A DNA stretch of 64,000 nucleotides from Macrostomum hystrix (lineage: Eukaryota > Animalia > Platyhelminthes), in the NCBI GenBank assembly GCA_950097015.1, contig CATNEN010000033.1:2170001-2234000 (forward strand). Reading direction: 5' to 3'. The notes beneath the pieces were generated by a model. It did not search any database, was not told the origin of the DNA, and saw only the letters and a list, made by a program, of their open reading frames with translations. The translations under genes were made by a program, and so were the position numbers. Positions 50,242 to 60,838 of this stretch are shown in pieces (position 1 is the stretch's first letter; each line of letters starts with the position of its first letter).

Positions 50242-53200
50242 ATGAGCGCAGATAAGGAAAAGAAAGGTTATTCTGGCGCTCCATTTGGGTGCCAGGCAAC
50301 GCGGTAAGCTATTTAACTGCACCTATCGTGTTTTGATGTATGGTAGTATTAGACTTAAAAAATATTTCAGCGAAAGCAACTAAAAACCATTTTCTGCTGA
50401 AGTTATTATTCTGATTTCACTCAATCAAAAATTTTATTAACTGCGTACTTTTTGTGATGAGACTTAGACTAATTGCATTGACTTTACATAACCCTCTTAA
50501 TTTAATCATAATTCATACTTTTTGCATATTCTTATAAAAATATTTATATTCAGCCTGCTTTGAATTGAATGTTATAAATGCACATATAAACTTTTCAAAC
50601 AAAACAAAAGTAATCTATATAATATGTCTAAAAGTTTACGTAATTAAAAAACTGTAATGCCTTTCATGTTCTTCGCAATAGACAAACAAGAACCTACTAT
50701 CCATTTGTATAGTCAATTTTAACTCTGATAATTTAACCGTGCTTATATTATTTTACATAAATAAATATAGCTAACTTTATGTGCTTTAATGTACTATATT
50801 AGTGTTGTAATTTTAGGCTATACTTTTATCCGATAATAGTTACGATAGATTTAGTTCACAGTTGAATATTATTTTTATGCATTATCATCATGTAGTTGGT
50901 GAAATTCTATAAAATTTGTTCTTCTTATTATAATACAAAAAATATATCAACTTTGAGTTGCAATTTTATTGCTGAGATATTATTACTATAATTACTTACG
51001 CAAAATAAAAACTTTTTGACTTTAAAACTTTAGAAGTTTATAATATTTTATGATTTTTGTGTTTCATAGAAATGTTGCTAACATATACTTTCTTCCAGAC
51101 TACAAGAATGTCCAGCTAAGTGTTCGGTGCGATACTTCATTGTAAAGCTGTTTATCAATATAATATTTCCGTAAAGTACTAGATTAAAACACAAAATACC
51201 ATGACCCTGCACTCATAAAGTAACATGTTTTAGGTTATTGTTTGTGACTGCATGCTAAAGTTGATTTCTCTGCAGACTCAGTTAAATTTTTAGACAGCAA
51301 GAGTATTTACTGTACGAAAAATTTTCTAAATCTAAATTTTGAAGCATGGTAGTCATACGATCCCAATCAAAGAGGTACACTTGCTAAGTTGCTAATATAA
51401 TGTGAAACGACTAACCTATTGATTTTTTGCACATCCTAGATTCAGACTCATTTCTATCGCACAAATCGAATTCCTTTAGAAATAAAAGTGCAAACTCAGA
51501 TATCCGTAAATGAATTAAAATGTTCTCTCCGCAGTTTTGATGTGTCTGGAATTCATCCGAAACGAAAGTTACCCGGCACCCTAACTCAGGTGCCCGGGGG
51601 AATCAGCGCTGTAAGTACTTTAATTTAGTCATATTTGTGCAACAAGAGAAATAAAAATTGCTTTTGAAGCTGTACTTGCAAAGTGGAAATGAGAACTTCC
51701 CACATTTTTATCCACCAGGAACTCGGACCCGGCAGCTACGACGTGTTGCAGTACAACGACTTCAGCTCCAAGAGTGTCGCCGCCCGGGCGCAGGGCCCCA
51801 ACTGGAAGCGGGCCTATGATGTGCACAGGCAGAGCCAGATCCCGCACTTGCTTTACAAGGAGCAACACGCAGAGAAGGAGGAGCAGAGGCGCAAGCTGGG
51901 GCCCGGATACTACGACCTGGCCGGTGCGATGGACCATAGACAGGAGGTGCGCACCATGGCGCTGGTTTGCTAGCTATTCAGGCCTACTCACAGTAGTCTG
52001 TAATTAATAAATTGCTCCGAGAAACTACGGGAATTGTGGCTTTCTAAGTGGGCTCCTAGAAGCAGTCAGACATGTCTTACGGTCATGGCCAGAGGTCGCT
52101 TAATATTTGAGTGTCTTGCTACTTGTTTGTTAACGACTTATTAGGTAACTGACGATAACAAAAAGCTATACAACTCGAAATGAGTATTTTCAAAACATAT
52201 CAGGAAATGTATTTTGCAATTTACAACTACTACCACAACCCATGCGTTTGCAGGTTTCAAAACGCGGCCTTCTGGACACTCGCGAGCCTCGTTTCCGCGC
52301 CCACACTGGCCAAGAGGGCAATCCGGGACCCGGAAGCTACGGCAAAGGCGGAGTGCCGCAGCTGCACAAGGAGGAGATGGACGAACAGAGGCGCCACTGC
52401 GGCCGAGTCGGCATGCTGGAGTGCGGCGGCAGCCGGGCGCCACCGCAGCAGGGCGCGGATGTCGGCCCGGGCACCTACCAGATCCCCAGCTTCACGGACT
52501 TGCTGGCGTCCAAACGGGCCGGAAAGAACTCGCGCGGGCCGTATGAAGTTTTCTCGCTTGACCGGTGAGCCGGCGGGCGGGTTGCAGATGGCAGAGCTTG
52601 TTGTGGCCAAGCCGCAACCAGAAGGACCTTTCTAACGCATTGGTGATCATTGTGGGAATCTGATGAAAATAGTTTTTATAACTTGTCTTTGAAACTAAAC
52701 TTTACACAGGATGGTAATGAATCCAATATAACGATATAATATACCTTTTCAACTTCGGATTCGTCCAAAGTGACTTCGAATTCGTCAGCCTATATAAAAC
52801 TATAGAGCGCTCAAGGGAATGAGAAGGGGTGTCTATGGTAATTTCTTTCGAGAAAGTGACTTCGAATTCGTCAAAGTAAGTGAAATTCGTCAGTGCAAAA
52901 GCAGCCTGATCAGAAAGTGTCTTCGCTTCGTCTATGGCAAGAAAGCAAAGTGCCCAGTGTAAATTTAAGCGAGAAAGTGAGTGAAATTCGTCAATGTAAA
53001 ATAAGACAGCAATCTTTCATTACTCATTTCCTGCTCTTATTGTTGTCAGAGATGCCATATATGAGAATTTCGTCTGTGGATCGCTCTAGACTTGTGCGAT
53101 GTTTTCAACAGGGACGAGACTGGAGACTTCTCGCAGTTGAACTGGACATCAAGAGGACGACTGCCAATGACATTATCAGAAGATATGTAGATGAAGATAG

Positions 53201-56200
53201 GATTGATCTTAACGCGCGTGGAGGTGTGGTGAGACCAAAGTTCACTGAGGAGGCATTGACGAGGTACGTGGAAGAGAAGCCGACTGTAACGCTAAAAGAA
53301 ATGCAGCAAAAGCTTGTGGCAGACTTTCCTGCTGCTCCTGTCGTGACAACGCAGGCAATTAGTCGTCGGCTTGACGGGACTTTGTGCATTACATTGAAAG
53401 ATGTACGGCGGGTTCACGGAGATTGGAATAGTGACGTGACAAAAGAAGCTAGATTTCTACACATGACATGGATGCTAGAAACTGGACTGTTTGTAAGGAA
53501 TTTAATCTACGTAGATGAGTGTGGGTGCAACCTATGGACGGCACGAACTAAAGGATGGGCGGATTTTGGCAATCGCGCAGTAATGATTGCGAATTCGCAG
53601 CGTGGGCAAAATCTGACGGTAGCACTTGCTGTTAGCCCACAGTTGGGCCTGGTCCACCACCGCATCTTTGTTGGTGGCTTTACAGCAGAGAGGTTTCGTG
53701 AGTTTATGATTGAAGTCGGGACCCTTGTTGATGACGAGTTCATGGTACTTGCTGACAACGCCAGGGCACATGGAGTCGTGAATTTTGGGCGTCCTGACCA
53801 AAGGCTTCAGTTTCTTCCACCTTACTCGCCTTTCTTGAACGCCACTGAAATGGCAATTTCTTGCATGAAGGCGGCCCTGAAACGGCGCATGACCGACCCT
53901 GAAGTTGTCTTTGAAGTGCATGATCGTCAGGCGGCTGTAGCAGCAGGTGAGACACTTCAGAACCGGCGTCTTCGCATTTTGAGTCGAGAAGTGGAAGCTG
54001 CGATGGTTGCGATCACGGAGGAGAAATGCCGACAATGGCACGAATTCACACTTCGGTACGGACCGCGGTGTCTGGCACACGGAGACATTTTGGACTGACT
54101 ACAGCGTGTTAACCTGTTCAAGCGACTTTAAAGCGTGATTTTATGCGTCTGTTTTCCTGTCTTGTTTGTTTAGTTGCTGTTTTACTTCACGATTGACAAT
54201 ATATACTGGTTGCACTGACGAATTTCACTTACTTTGACGAATTCGAAGTCACTTTCTCGAAAGAAATTACACCATAGACACCCCTTCTCATTCCCTTGAG
54301 CGCTCTATAGTTTTATATAGGCTGACGAATTCGAAGTCACTTTTAACGAATCCGAAGTTGAAAAGGTATATTACGATGGTGGCACTTGACCTAGCTCCTG
54401 GTTCCTAGTTCGTGGATTTAAAAAATATAATGTATAGATTTCCCTGTCTGTCTTCTGCTTTCTCATCCGTAACTAACTAGTATGTTACAATTTTCTCAGT
54501 AATTAGGCTCAGAATTGACAATAGACGCACATACGAGTGTTCAACCAATACCCTTGCACCCACCAGCGACCAGCCAATCAAGACTGGTCACTATGCGCGC
54601 CTGTCGGCTGGCAACCTGGGCCCTGGCCAGTACAATTTCAAGGACGGCGTGGCCGACCTTAACAGGCCAGAGAAGCGCAACCACGGAAAGTTCCTCAAGA
54701 TGGTGCAGTACCCGGCCAAGCCGTGTGACCGCATCTACTGGATGACGCCGGCCACCGTGCCACCAGATCCCACAGTGAGCTGTACTTCGGTCTGCCGATT
54801 ATTGAAGTCAATGATGATTGAGGCATGGTTGCCCGATGCCTCTAATTCTCTCACTGGATTGCTTTATATCTCCTAGTCCTCACTTGTCTTGGAGTGAAAC
54901 ATGATTTTCTTCAATGACACCGCTTTCCCCTGACCAATTATGTGACGCCACTGTCCCCTGACCAATTCTGTGACGCCACTGTCCCCTGACCAATTCTGTG
55001 ACGCCACTGTCCCTGACCAATTCTGTCACGTCACTGTCCCCTGACCAATTCTGTCACGCCACTGTCCCCTGACCAATTCTGTCACGCCACTGTCCCCTGA
55101 CCAATTCTGTCACGCCACTGTCCCCTGACCAATTCTGTCACGCCACTGTCCCCTGACCAATTCTGTGACGCCGCTTTCGCCTGACCAATTCTGTGACGCC
55201 GCTTTCCCCTGACCAATTCTGTGTCAGATATTTTACGTATTTTTCAAACATAATAACTGCTCGTGACATAAAACATATTTTAATTTAGAACAAGGTTTCT
55301 GCGGCGACCTACCATACAACGAACCCGAACTTCAAGAAGGAGTCATTCTCGAAGAGCGAAGCCGGCTTCCTCAGCTCTTCGACCAGGCAGGACAAGCGGT
55401 CGCTCATGTTCTTCACTAAAAATTTCGTGAGTGGCCATCGTCAGCTGTTTAGTTATACTCTGTTTATTATTATAAAAATAATAATAATAATTGCAGGAGG
55501 TCTGCGGGCAGTGGCACATCATTTAGTGACACTAGACCCGCAGCCAGCGAGGAGGCAATTCTGCCCATTTCGCTGACTCCTGAGCACATACGCACACAGA
55601 TACTGTACGCAGGCATACGCTCACACAGGTGTGTACATCTGCCCTGACTTTCTCATCGTCAGGCAGTGTACACTTCACTGTGCCTTGGAGGTTGGCCCTC
55701 AAGGGCGTAAATTGCACGACAAGCCCCCAAGCCTTCTCTCCGCGGCTGCGCCCCAAATAAATGTGGCCTCGCCGTGGAATCGAACTTAGGGACCGTGGTG
55801 CGAGAGGCAAACACGATAACCGCTCTGCCACCGACCCCCCTGGTCGGCCATAAGTGTTCCCGGAATTTCGGCTAGACATGACCAGCTTTGCTCTCCCTCT
55901 CAGAACCAAGTCGGACCGGGTCGTTACGACATCCAGCGCCAGGAAGACACTGCTCACGTGAACGCTCACACCAGCGACTTTGTGTCCAAGACCGAGGCCC
56001 GGCTGTCGCAGAGTCAGCAGCAGGTCTACAAGTGAGTTGCGCATTGTAGGGATGTGCAGATTTCTGTGTGTATCGATGATGTGGGGATCCATGAAACAGG
56101 GAACTTTGATCTTGCAGCCAATCAGAATCCTTGGTCCCTCCCTCTACCTCGAGGAACTCGTTCATACAAGCGTGGTTCTGCCAAGGACCACTCGAAGAAG

Positions 56201-56941
56201 AAGGACGGGACACTTCGTTTCTTGGAAGATTTATTAAACGGAAAAATGCACTTTTGATAACATTTTAATGGAAGCAGACCCAAAGCTGCTGTTTTAGCAT
56301 AACTTGCAAAACATAAAACATGTTTGTGTCATGAAACACCATAGCAACCAATCAGACATAAAATTTGCCTATAGCCTGGCCTTCAGATTTTTTCATGAAA
56401 TAATCTACATTTTTCTCGCAATACAATTTATTTATTTATTAGAAAGTCACTGTAAAATTGAGTTAGTCACTATCAATTGAGTAGCTTTTGACTATAGCTA
56501 TTGTACTTTATGATAAATAAACAAAATAAAAGGAAGATCAATTATTCATGAATGAAGCTTTCAAAAATTCTTTGAAGCACCATGTTTTGCAATCGATGAG
56601 AATAGAATAGCCCTGGATCTGCTTCCAATAAACAATTATCGACATTTTAATGTGAAAAAAAGTGAGAAGTTCCTATCTCGCTAGTGCATTTTAATAAATC
56701 TTCCAAGAAACGAAGTGTCCCGTCCTTCTTCTTCTAGCGGTCCTTGAGTTCTGCCTTAAAACTGACGACATTTGCGCCCCACAACCATCGATCACTTTGT
56801 TTCGTCTGTAGGGAGCGCCTTCGCGACAAGGATGTCCCGCCTGGACGGCGATTCCGAGTGGACCACGTAGCCACCGAGAAGGAGCCGTTCGTGAACATCC
56901 AGCCGCTGTTTGCCTCCAGAGAGCCGCTGGTCATCCAGTGA
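50242..56941 (+). CDS. CIMAP2: CIMAP2/LEXM (C1orf177)-like ciliary PGP(SHIPPO)-repeat protein, 8 exons, 426 aa
   Basis: Exons 50242-50303, 51535-51610, 51719-51946, 52254-52564, 54567-54774, 55289-55426, 55904-56031, 56812-56941 splice GT-AG in one frame (1281 nt). GAPFGCQATRFDVSGIHP, repeated LGPGxY, NPGPGSYG, SRGPYEVFS.DR and K.HGKF...DRIYW follow LEXM from memory. Confidence 0.85.
52737..54373 (+). mobile_element. IS630-Tc1-mariner DNA transposon with ~162-bp TIRs, in CIMAP2 intron 4
   Basis: IRs at 52737-52898 and 54210-54373 differ by only 2 substitutions and a 2-nt indel; TA dinucleotides at both ends; each TIR has two AAAGTGACTTCGAATTCGTCA direct repeats plus a partial third. Confidence 0.95.
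53052..54098 (+). CDS. Intact DDE transposase (348 aa), DD30E spacing
   Basis: N-terminal HTH-like region with RGG; IYVDE (D at 53514), LADNARAH (D at 53754), LPPYSPFLNATE (E at 53847); no stops or frameshifts. Confidence 0.92.
   Translation: MPYMRISSVDRSRLVRCFQQGRDWRLLAVELDIKRTTANDIIRRYVDEDRIDLNARGGVVRPKFTEEALTRYVEEKPTVTLKEMQQKLVADFPAAPVVTTQAISRRLDGTLCITLKDVRRVHGDWNSDVTKEARFLHMTWMLETGLFVRNLIYVDECGCNLWTARTKGWADFGNRAVMIANSQRGQNLTVALAVSPQLGLVHHRIFVGGFTAERFREFMIEVGTLVDDEFMVLADNARAHGVVNFGRPDQRLQFLPPYSPFLNATEMAISCMKAALKRRMTDPEVVFEVHDRQAAVAAGETLQNRRLRILSREVEAAMVAITEEKCRQWHEFTLRYGPRCLAHGDILD
54921..55225. repeat. 28-bp intronic minisatellite (CCCCTGACCAATTCTGTGACGCCACTGT)n, ~11 copies
   Basis: Periodic units in CIMAP2 intron 5. 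Confidence 0.94.
55467..55840 (-). mobile_element. Full-length tRNA-derived SINE in CIMAP2 intron 6
   Basis: Minus strand: A box GGTGGCAGAGCGG, B box GTTCGATTCC, structured body, 3' stem CTGCGGG...CCCGCAG and (ATT)n tail; second copy at 40930-41196. Confidence 0.88.
56182..56746. mobile_element. Non-autonomous TIR element (P- or hAT-type MITE) with 57-bp TIRs and 8-bp TSD
   Basis: TIRs at 56182-56238 and 56690-56746 match 55/57 and start CAAGG; flanks GGTTCTGC (56174-56181) and AGTTCTGC (56747-56754) match 7/8. Confidence 0.88.
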
Positions 56942-57899
56942 TGACCATGAATGGAATCGCGAGCGATAAAAAACTTCTCAAACTCTGCCATCTCAAATTC
57001 CAACTGATTGGAATTGTTTTTTTAGTAAGGCAGAAGATCACAGTGAGCTCATCACAATCTCGTACACAAAGCTTTCCGCTAATCACTAAATTGAGCATAC
57101 ACCCGGATACCCTTTCGCATGCTTTATTTATGAGGAATCACCAGTGCCTCGTTGTTAGACTTCATAGAATTCCGGAAATTAATTTAGTTAAGTTCTAAAA
57201 CGACGAGCCGACCCTCAAAGACAGTTAAAAATCTGCAAATTCTCCTTTTGACGATAAAGAATTAGGCCTTATTTTTTATATTCATTTTATTAAATAATAC
57301 AACCCCGTGGTCGCCTTCAGCCTCTCGATTGCCCACATCAACTTTCTTACTTTCGGACTCAAGAGCTAGTAAATGTCCTATTGTCTGTTGTCTAAGCTCG
57401 CTCATGATAACTGTAACAATTTTTGTCTAAAACTAAAACAAAACAGTAGTAACTGTGCTGATTTTATAATACACCAGAATCACTTTTAGATGTTGTATCC
57501 GGGCTATACGAAAATACATTCGCTAGTGCATACTCTATTTATAGATCTGTTTAATGGGCTATATATAAAAAATACGACGTTTCCAATTTTCTAAATTTCA
57601 AAACTGGGTGAATATTTGTCAATTTTCGCGTCGTAAAAAGTACGAATAGCCATTGGCAAGTGAGCACTGCTTACTGTGCTGAAGGGACCGGCTGCATCAA
57701 TTGCAGCACTTGCAGCAAAGGGAATTGCCCATGCTGCAGGGACAGCATGGATCATGTTCTATTTCAATTACCAAGGGCAATTGATTAATCGACTAAGCGA
57801 AAAATTAAAGATTGCCAAATCTGCATTCTGCATTCGAGTGAGACCTACACTGATGTAGGACATGTCTGGGCAGCGGAGCATCCAGCTGTCCGACAGTCC

Positions 57900-58853
57900 T
57901 AGGACGGCCGTGAAACCGTCACCACCAGGTCAGGTGATGGTTTCTTGAACCACGACACCATTTGCTGGCAGATCCGGGTGGATTGCCAGCAGCAGGCGGC
58001 GCAGCTCCTCGGCGTTGGTGACGGCGCTACGAGCTGGAATCCAAACACTACGACGTCCTCCCAGTATACTAACAGGCTACGTAGCCTGTCACAGTATACT
58101 GTGACACTGACCAATTCTCACAGTGTTGGCGAGAATTCTCACAGTGTAATCGATCTACCATTTCCGTACCCCAGTCGAAGGTTTTCAGCAGCTCGAGGAT
58201 TTGCTGTCCGGACTAGTTGTCGGCAGGCTGGACAATGAGGGCTTGGTCCTGGATGTCGGTCTTCAGGACGTGTAGCACAGTGCCGCTCAGTGCCAGTTTG
58301 ACCAGATGGGAATCCAGTCTGCGCCAAATATTTTCGAGTTGCACTGACGAAAGGGGCATCTCCTAGCCAGCGCCTCCCGCCACAGGCCATCCAGCAGTCG
58401 TCGGAGTTTCTAAACGACTGTGAGAGGTTCCGCTGCGAGAGGAGCCGGACGCCCTAGAAACCTGTGCGGCACTTTTCGGCATTTCCGGGTTTCCAGGACG
58501 ACGCGCGAGGAGTCGGCCTCCTTTGTTGGGTGTCAGTTCCTCTGCGATGCTCGCAGAGTTACCGGCCCCCTCCTCAGAGGCGGTGGGTGGCGCAGATTTC
58601 GCAGCCAACCGTGCTTCCTGTTTGCGCCGCCGGAATTCCATGAAACGGGCGATGCTGCGGGCTTGCTTGCTTGGGAAGCTAAGGGTTTTCACTTTGATCC
58701 AGCCACTCTGGTGTTTGCCCGAGTTTGCGGCACCGGTGAATCCGATGCTACCCTGGCGTTGGTCCTGAGGATCTGCGTCGCCGACCGGGGTCAGCGTTTC
58801 GGCAGAGTCCTGGGACGTGCTGGAGCTTTTGTTGGTCTCCATAAGTCGCTGCA
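57900..58853 (-). pseudogene. Disrupted reading frame, possibly a decayed non-LTR retrotransposon ORF1/gag-like or unknown gene
   Basis: The 192-aa ORF continues in frame through two TAGs (EMPLSSVQLENIWRRLDSHLVKL...*SGQQILELLKTFDWG); a later frame gives AVTNAEELRRLLLAIHPDL. No diagnostic motif. Confidence 0.3.
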
Positions 58854-60838
58854 TGGAATGCGGAAAAAAGTGAAAAAGTAGGTAACCTTTAGGTAACCTT
58901 AATATTTCGGCTACGAGCCAGGCCCATATATATTTGGGCAATTTGCTTTAATACTTCTACTATATTAGCTCTCGGACTTCAAGTTCTCTCACTCTGTTAA
59001 AAAAACATCTAGGATTAAAAATATAAATTTTGAGACTAACCATAATTTAAACATCCAGTCGTTTATAAAATTGCGTTAAAGGAGTAAAGCAAAGTTTTTC
59101 AGAACTCCCCAATGCTTGTTTTTATAGTTAGACTTTCAGGCAAGTAATACTTTCATTTTAATCTCTTCGCCCTTAAATATAATATTATCCAACATGCTTT
59201 AAACTGTACTGGCTTCACTTATGCTATTCGATTTTAAAAAGTTACCTAACTTTATAAAAAGTAATTATCTACTTACTAGCTAGTCTGTGCAATCAACAAT
59301 GTGCTTTTTGTAGCAAGCTGCATCAAATAAATATTTGTCTGCTTCCGAATTTTCTGATCTTTTCGTATTTTTTTAAAAGCTCTATCTTTTCGTTTGTAGT
59401 TCCTAAAAATGTTCAGATTCAATTTAGATTTTTTTGTGAACCAATTAAAAATTTTATTTAATGGTTTGAAAATAAAAAAACATCCGGCGTAGCAGGGTCT
59501 AGAAACATTAAGATGTTTATATTTGTACTATATGTGGACAGAATTAAAATGTAATGATAGTTATAGTTATTGCAAAACAACTGAAGTAGCTAGCTAGTAA
59601 ATTATTTTTTGTCAAAATTTGCAATAAAACAAAGATATAGTGAACATAAATTGACACATAAAATACATAACATGCAGATGAAAAAGTCTATTCAGTCCCT
59701 ATATTCGACATATATTGATGCATATATAAGTGAAACAGGAAATTTACAATTTATAATTCATAATTGATTATATCTAATTTGTTAAATAATTATAATTTTA
59801 GCTTGGCCTATTTCTAATTTAGGCCTACCTTCTATCAGCTTTCATGCCAAATTTGTACTTATATGATATGTAAGCATTTTTTAATAGTAAAAAGTATTTA
59901 CTTAATTAAATTAATGTCATATAGTTTTCAAAAATGCTATAATATTGATTTTATTATTTTTCATATTATTCATTACTGTTGGTTGCTCAAATTTACCAAA
60001 TTGTTATCACGTTATATTTTTAAATACTCTAATTACTTTCAAAATGTTTCAATTTTATTAATGAACTTACTTATAGCCCTTCACTAGATTTTTATCAATA
60101 GGAAGAGTAATATACTATTTTTTGCAGGATATTTTTACTGATCTAAGCTTATCTACTGAATTAATCATCAATCAGTTAGAAATCTGCAGAGATATTCGTT
60201 TTAGCCCTATTAAATTAACTTTATTGGATTATTAAGCAAGTGTTTTCTCACAGCCCGGTTGAACTGAATTATTGTAAGCATAATGTAATTGTCTGCTTCT
60301 GTAGCTCTGGAGTGGCAGTTTCTGCTTGAAGGGTTGCTCTCTGCAGTCTGTATTAAGTTGCGTGTATTGTGTGCCGTCGGTTCTTTTCGCTAACAACTGC
60401 ACTACTCGTTTAATTAAAGTTTGGCCCCACACAAAACTATTGTGTGTCTAAATATAGCACAGCTGGGCCAAATCTGTGTGCCTCTTCGCTTTCTCTTTCT
60501 TCTACGTGAAGCATTCTTGTATTGGGCTGACAAAAAGGTCTATCTTTATTTGACAGATTTCGCAAAAGTTACCATGACTTTAAACTTTACTTCTCTAATA
60601 TTAGGCCTATTTAGAAAGTTAATGCAATTTAATTAATGAACTGATGCTTTTGATAAGCATAAATGCTTGGTTGATTGTGCACAAAACTTGAAGCCATTGT
60701 GGACTTTGTGTCTTCGTTGCTCTGCAAAAGGGATTAGCAAAATATTCAGAGTACCTAAACAAAAATATTGATGCTTTTGTACACAAATGTAGCCATAGCA
60801 ACCGCCACAGGCTTAATGCTAGCCTTCTTAACCCACAG

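Noticed and set aside
52893-53051. N-terminal extension of the transposase in the ORF track
   Set aside because: It starts at a GTG inside the TIR edge; the first ATG with transposase-like sequence is at 53052.
55540-55560. GCCTCCTCGCTGGC (minus strand) matches the HDV ribozyme P3/L3 region
   Set aside because: I could not assemble P1, P1.1 and J4/2 around it; the flanks pair better as the SINE 3' hairpin, and the second copy does not conserve the motif.
55620-55680. CTGACGA...GAAA as a hammerhead ribozyme core in the SINE
   Set aside because: CTGAC pairs with GTCAG in a simple hairpin; stems II/III and the cleavage triplet are not arranged correctly.
55765-55840. Functional tRNA gene
   Set aside because: A and B boxes are present, but the acceptor and anticodon stems are imperfect and it is fused to a repeated body and tail: a SINE head.
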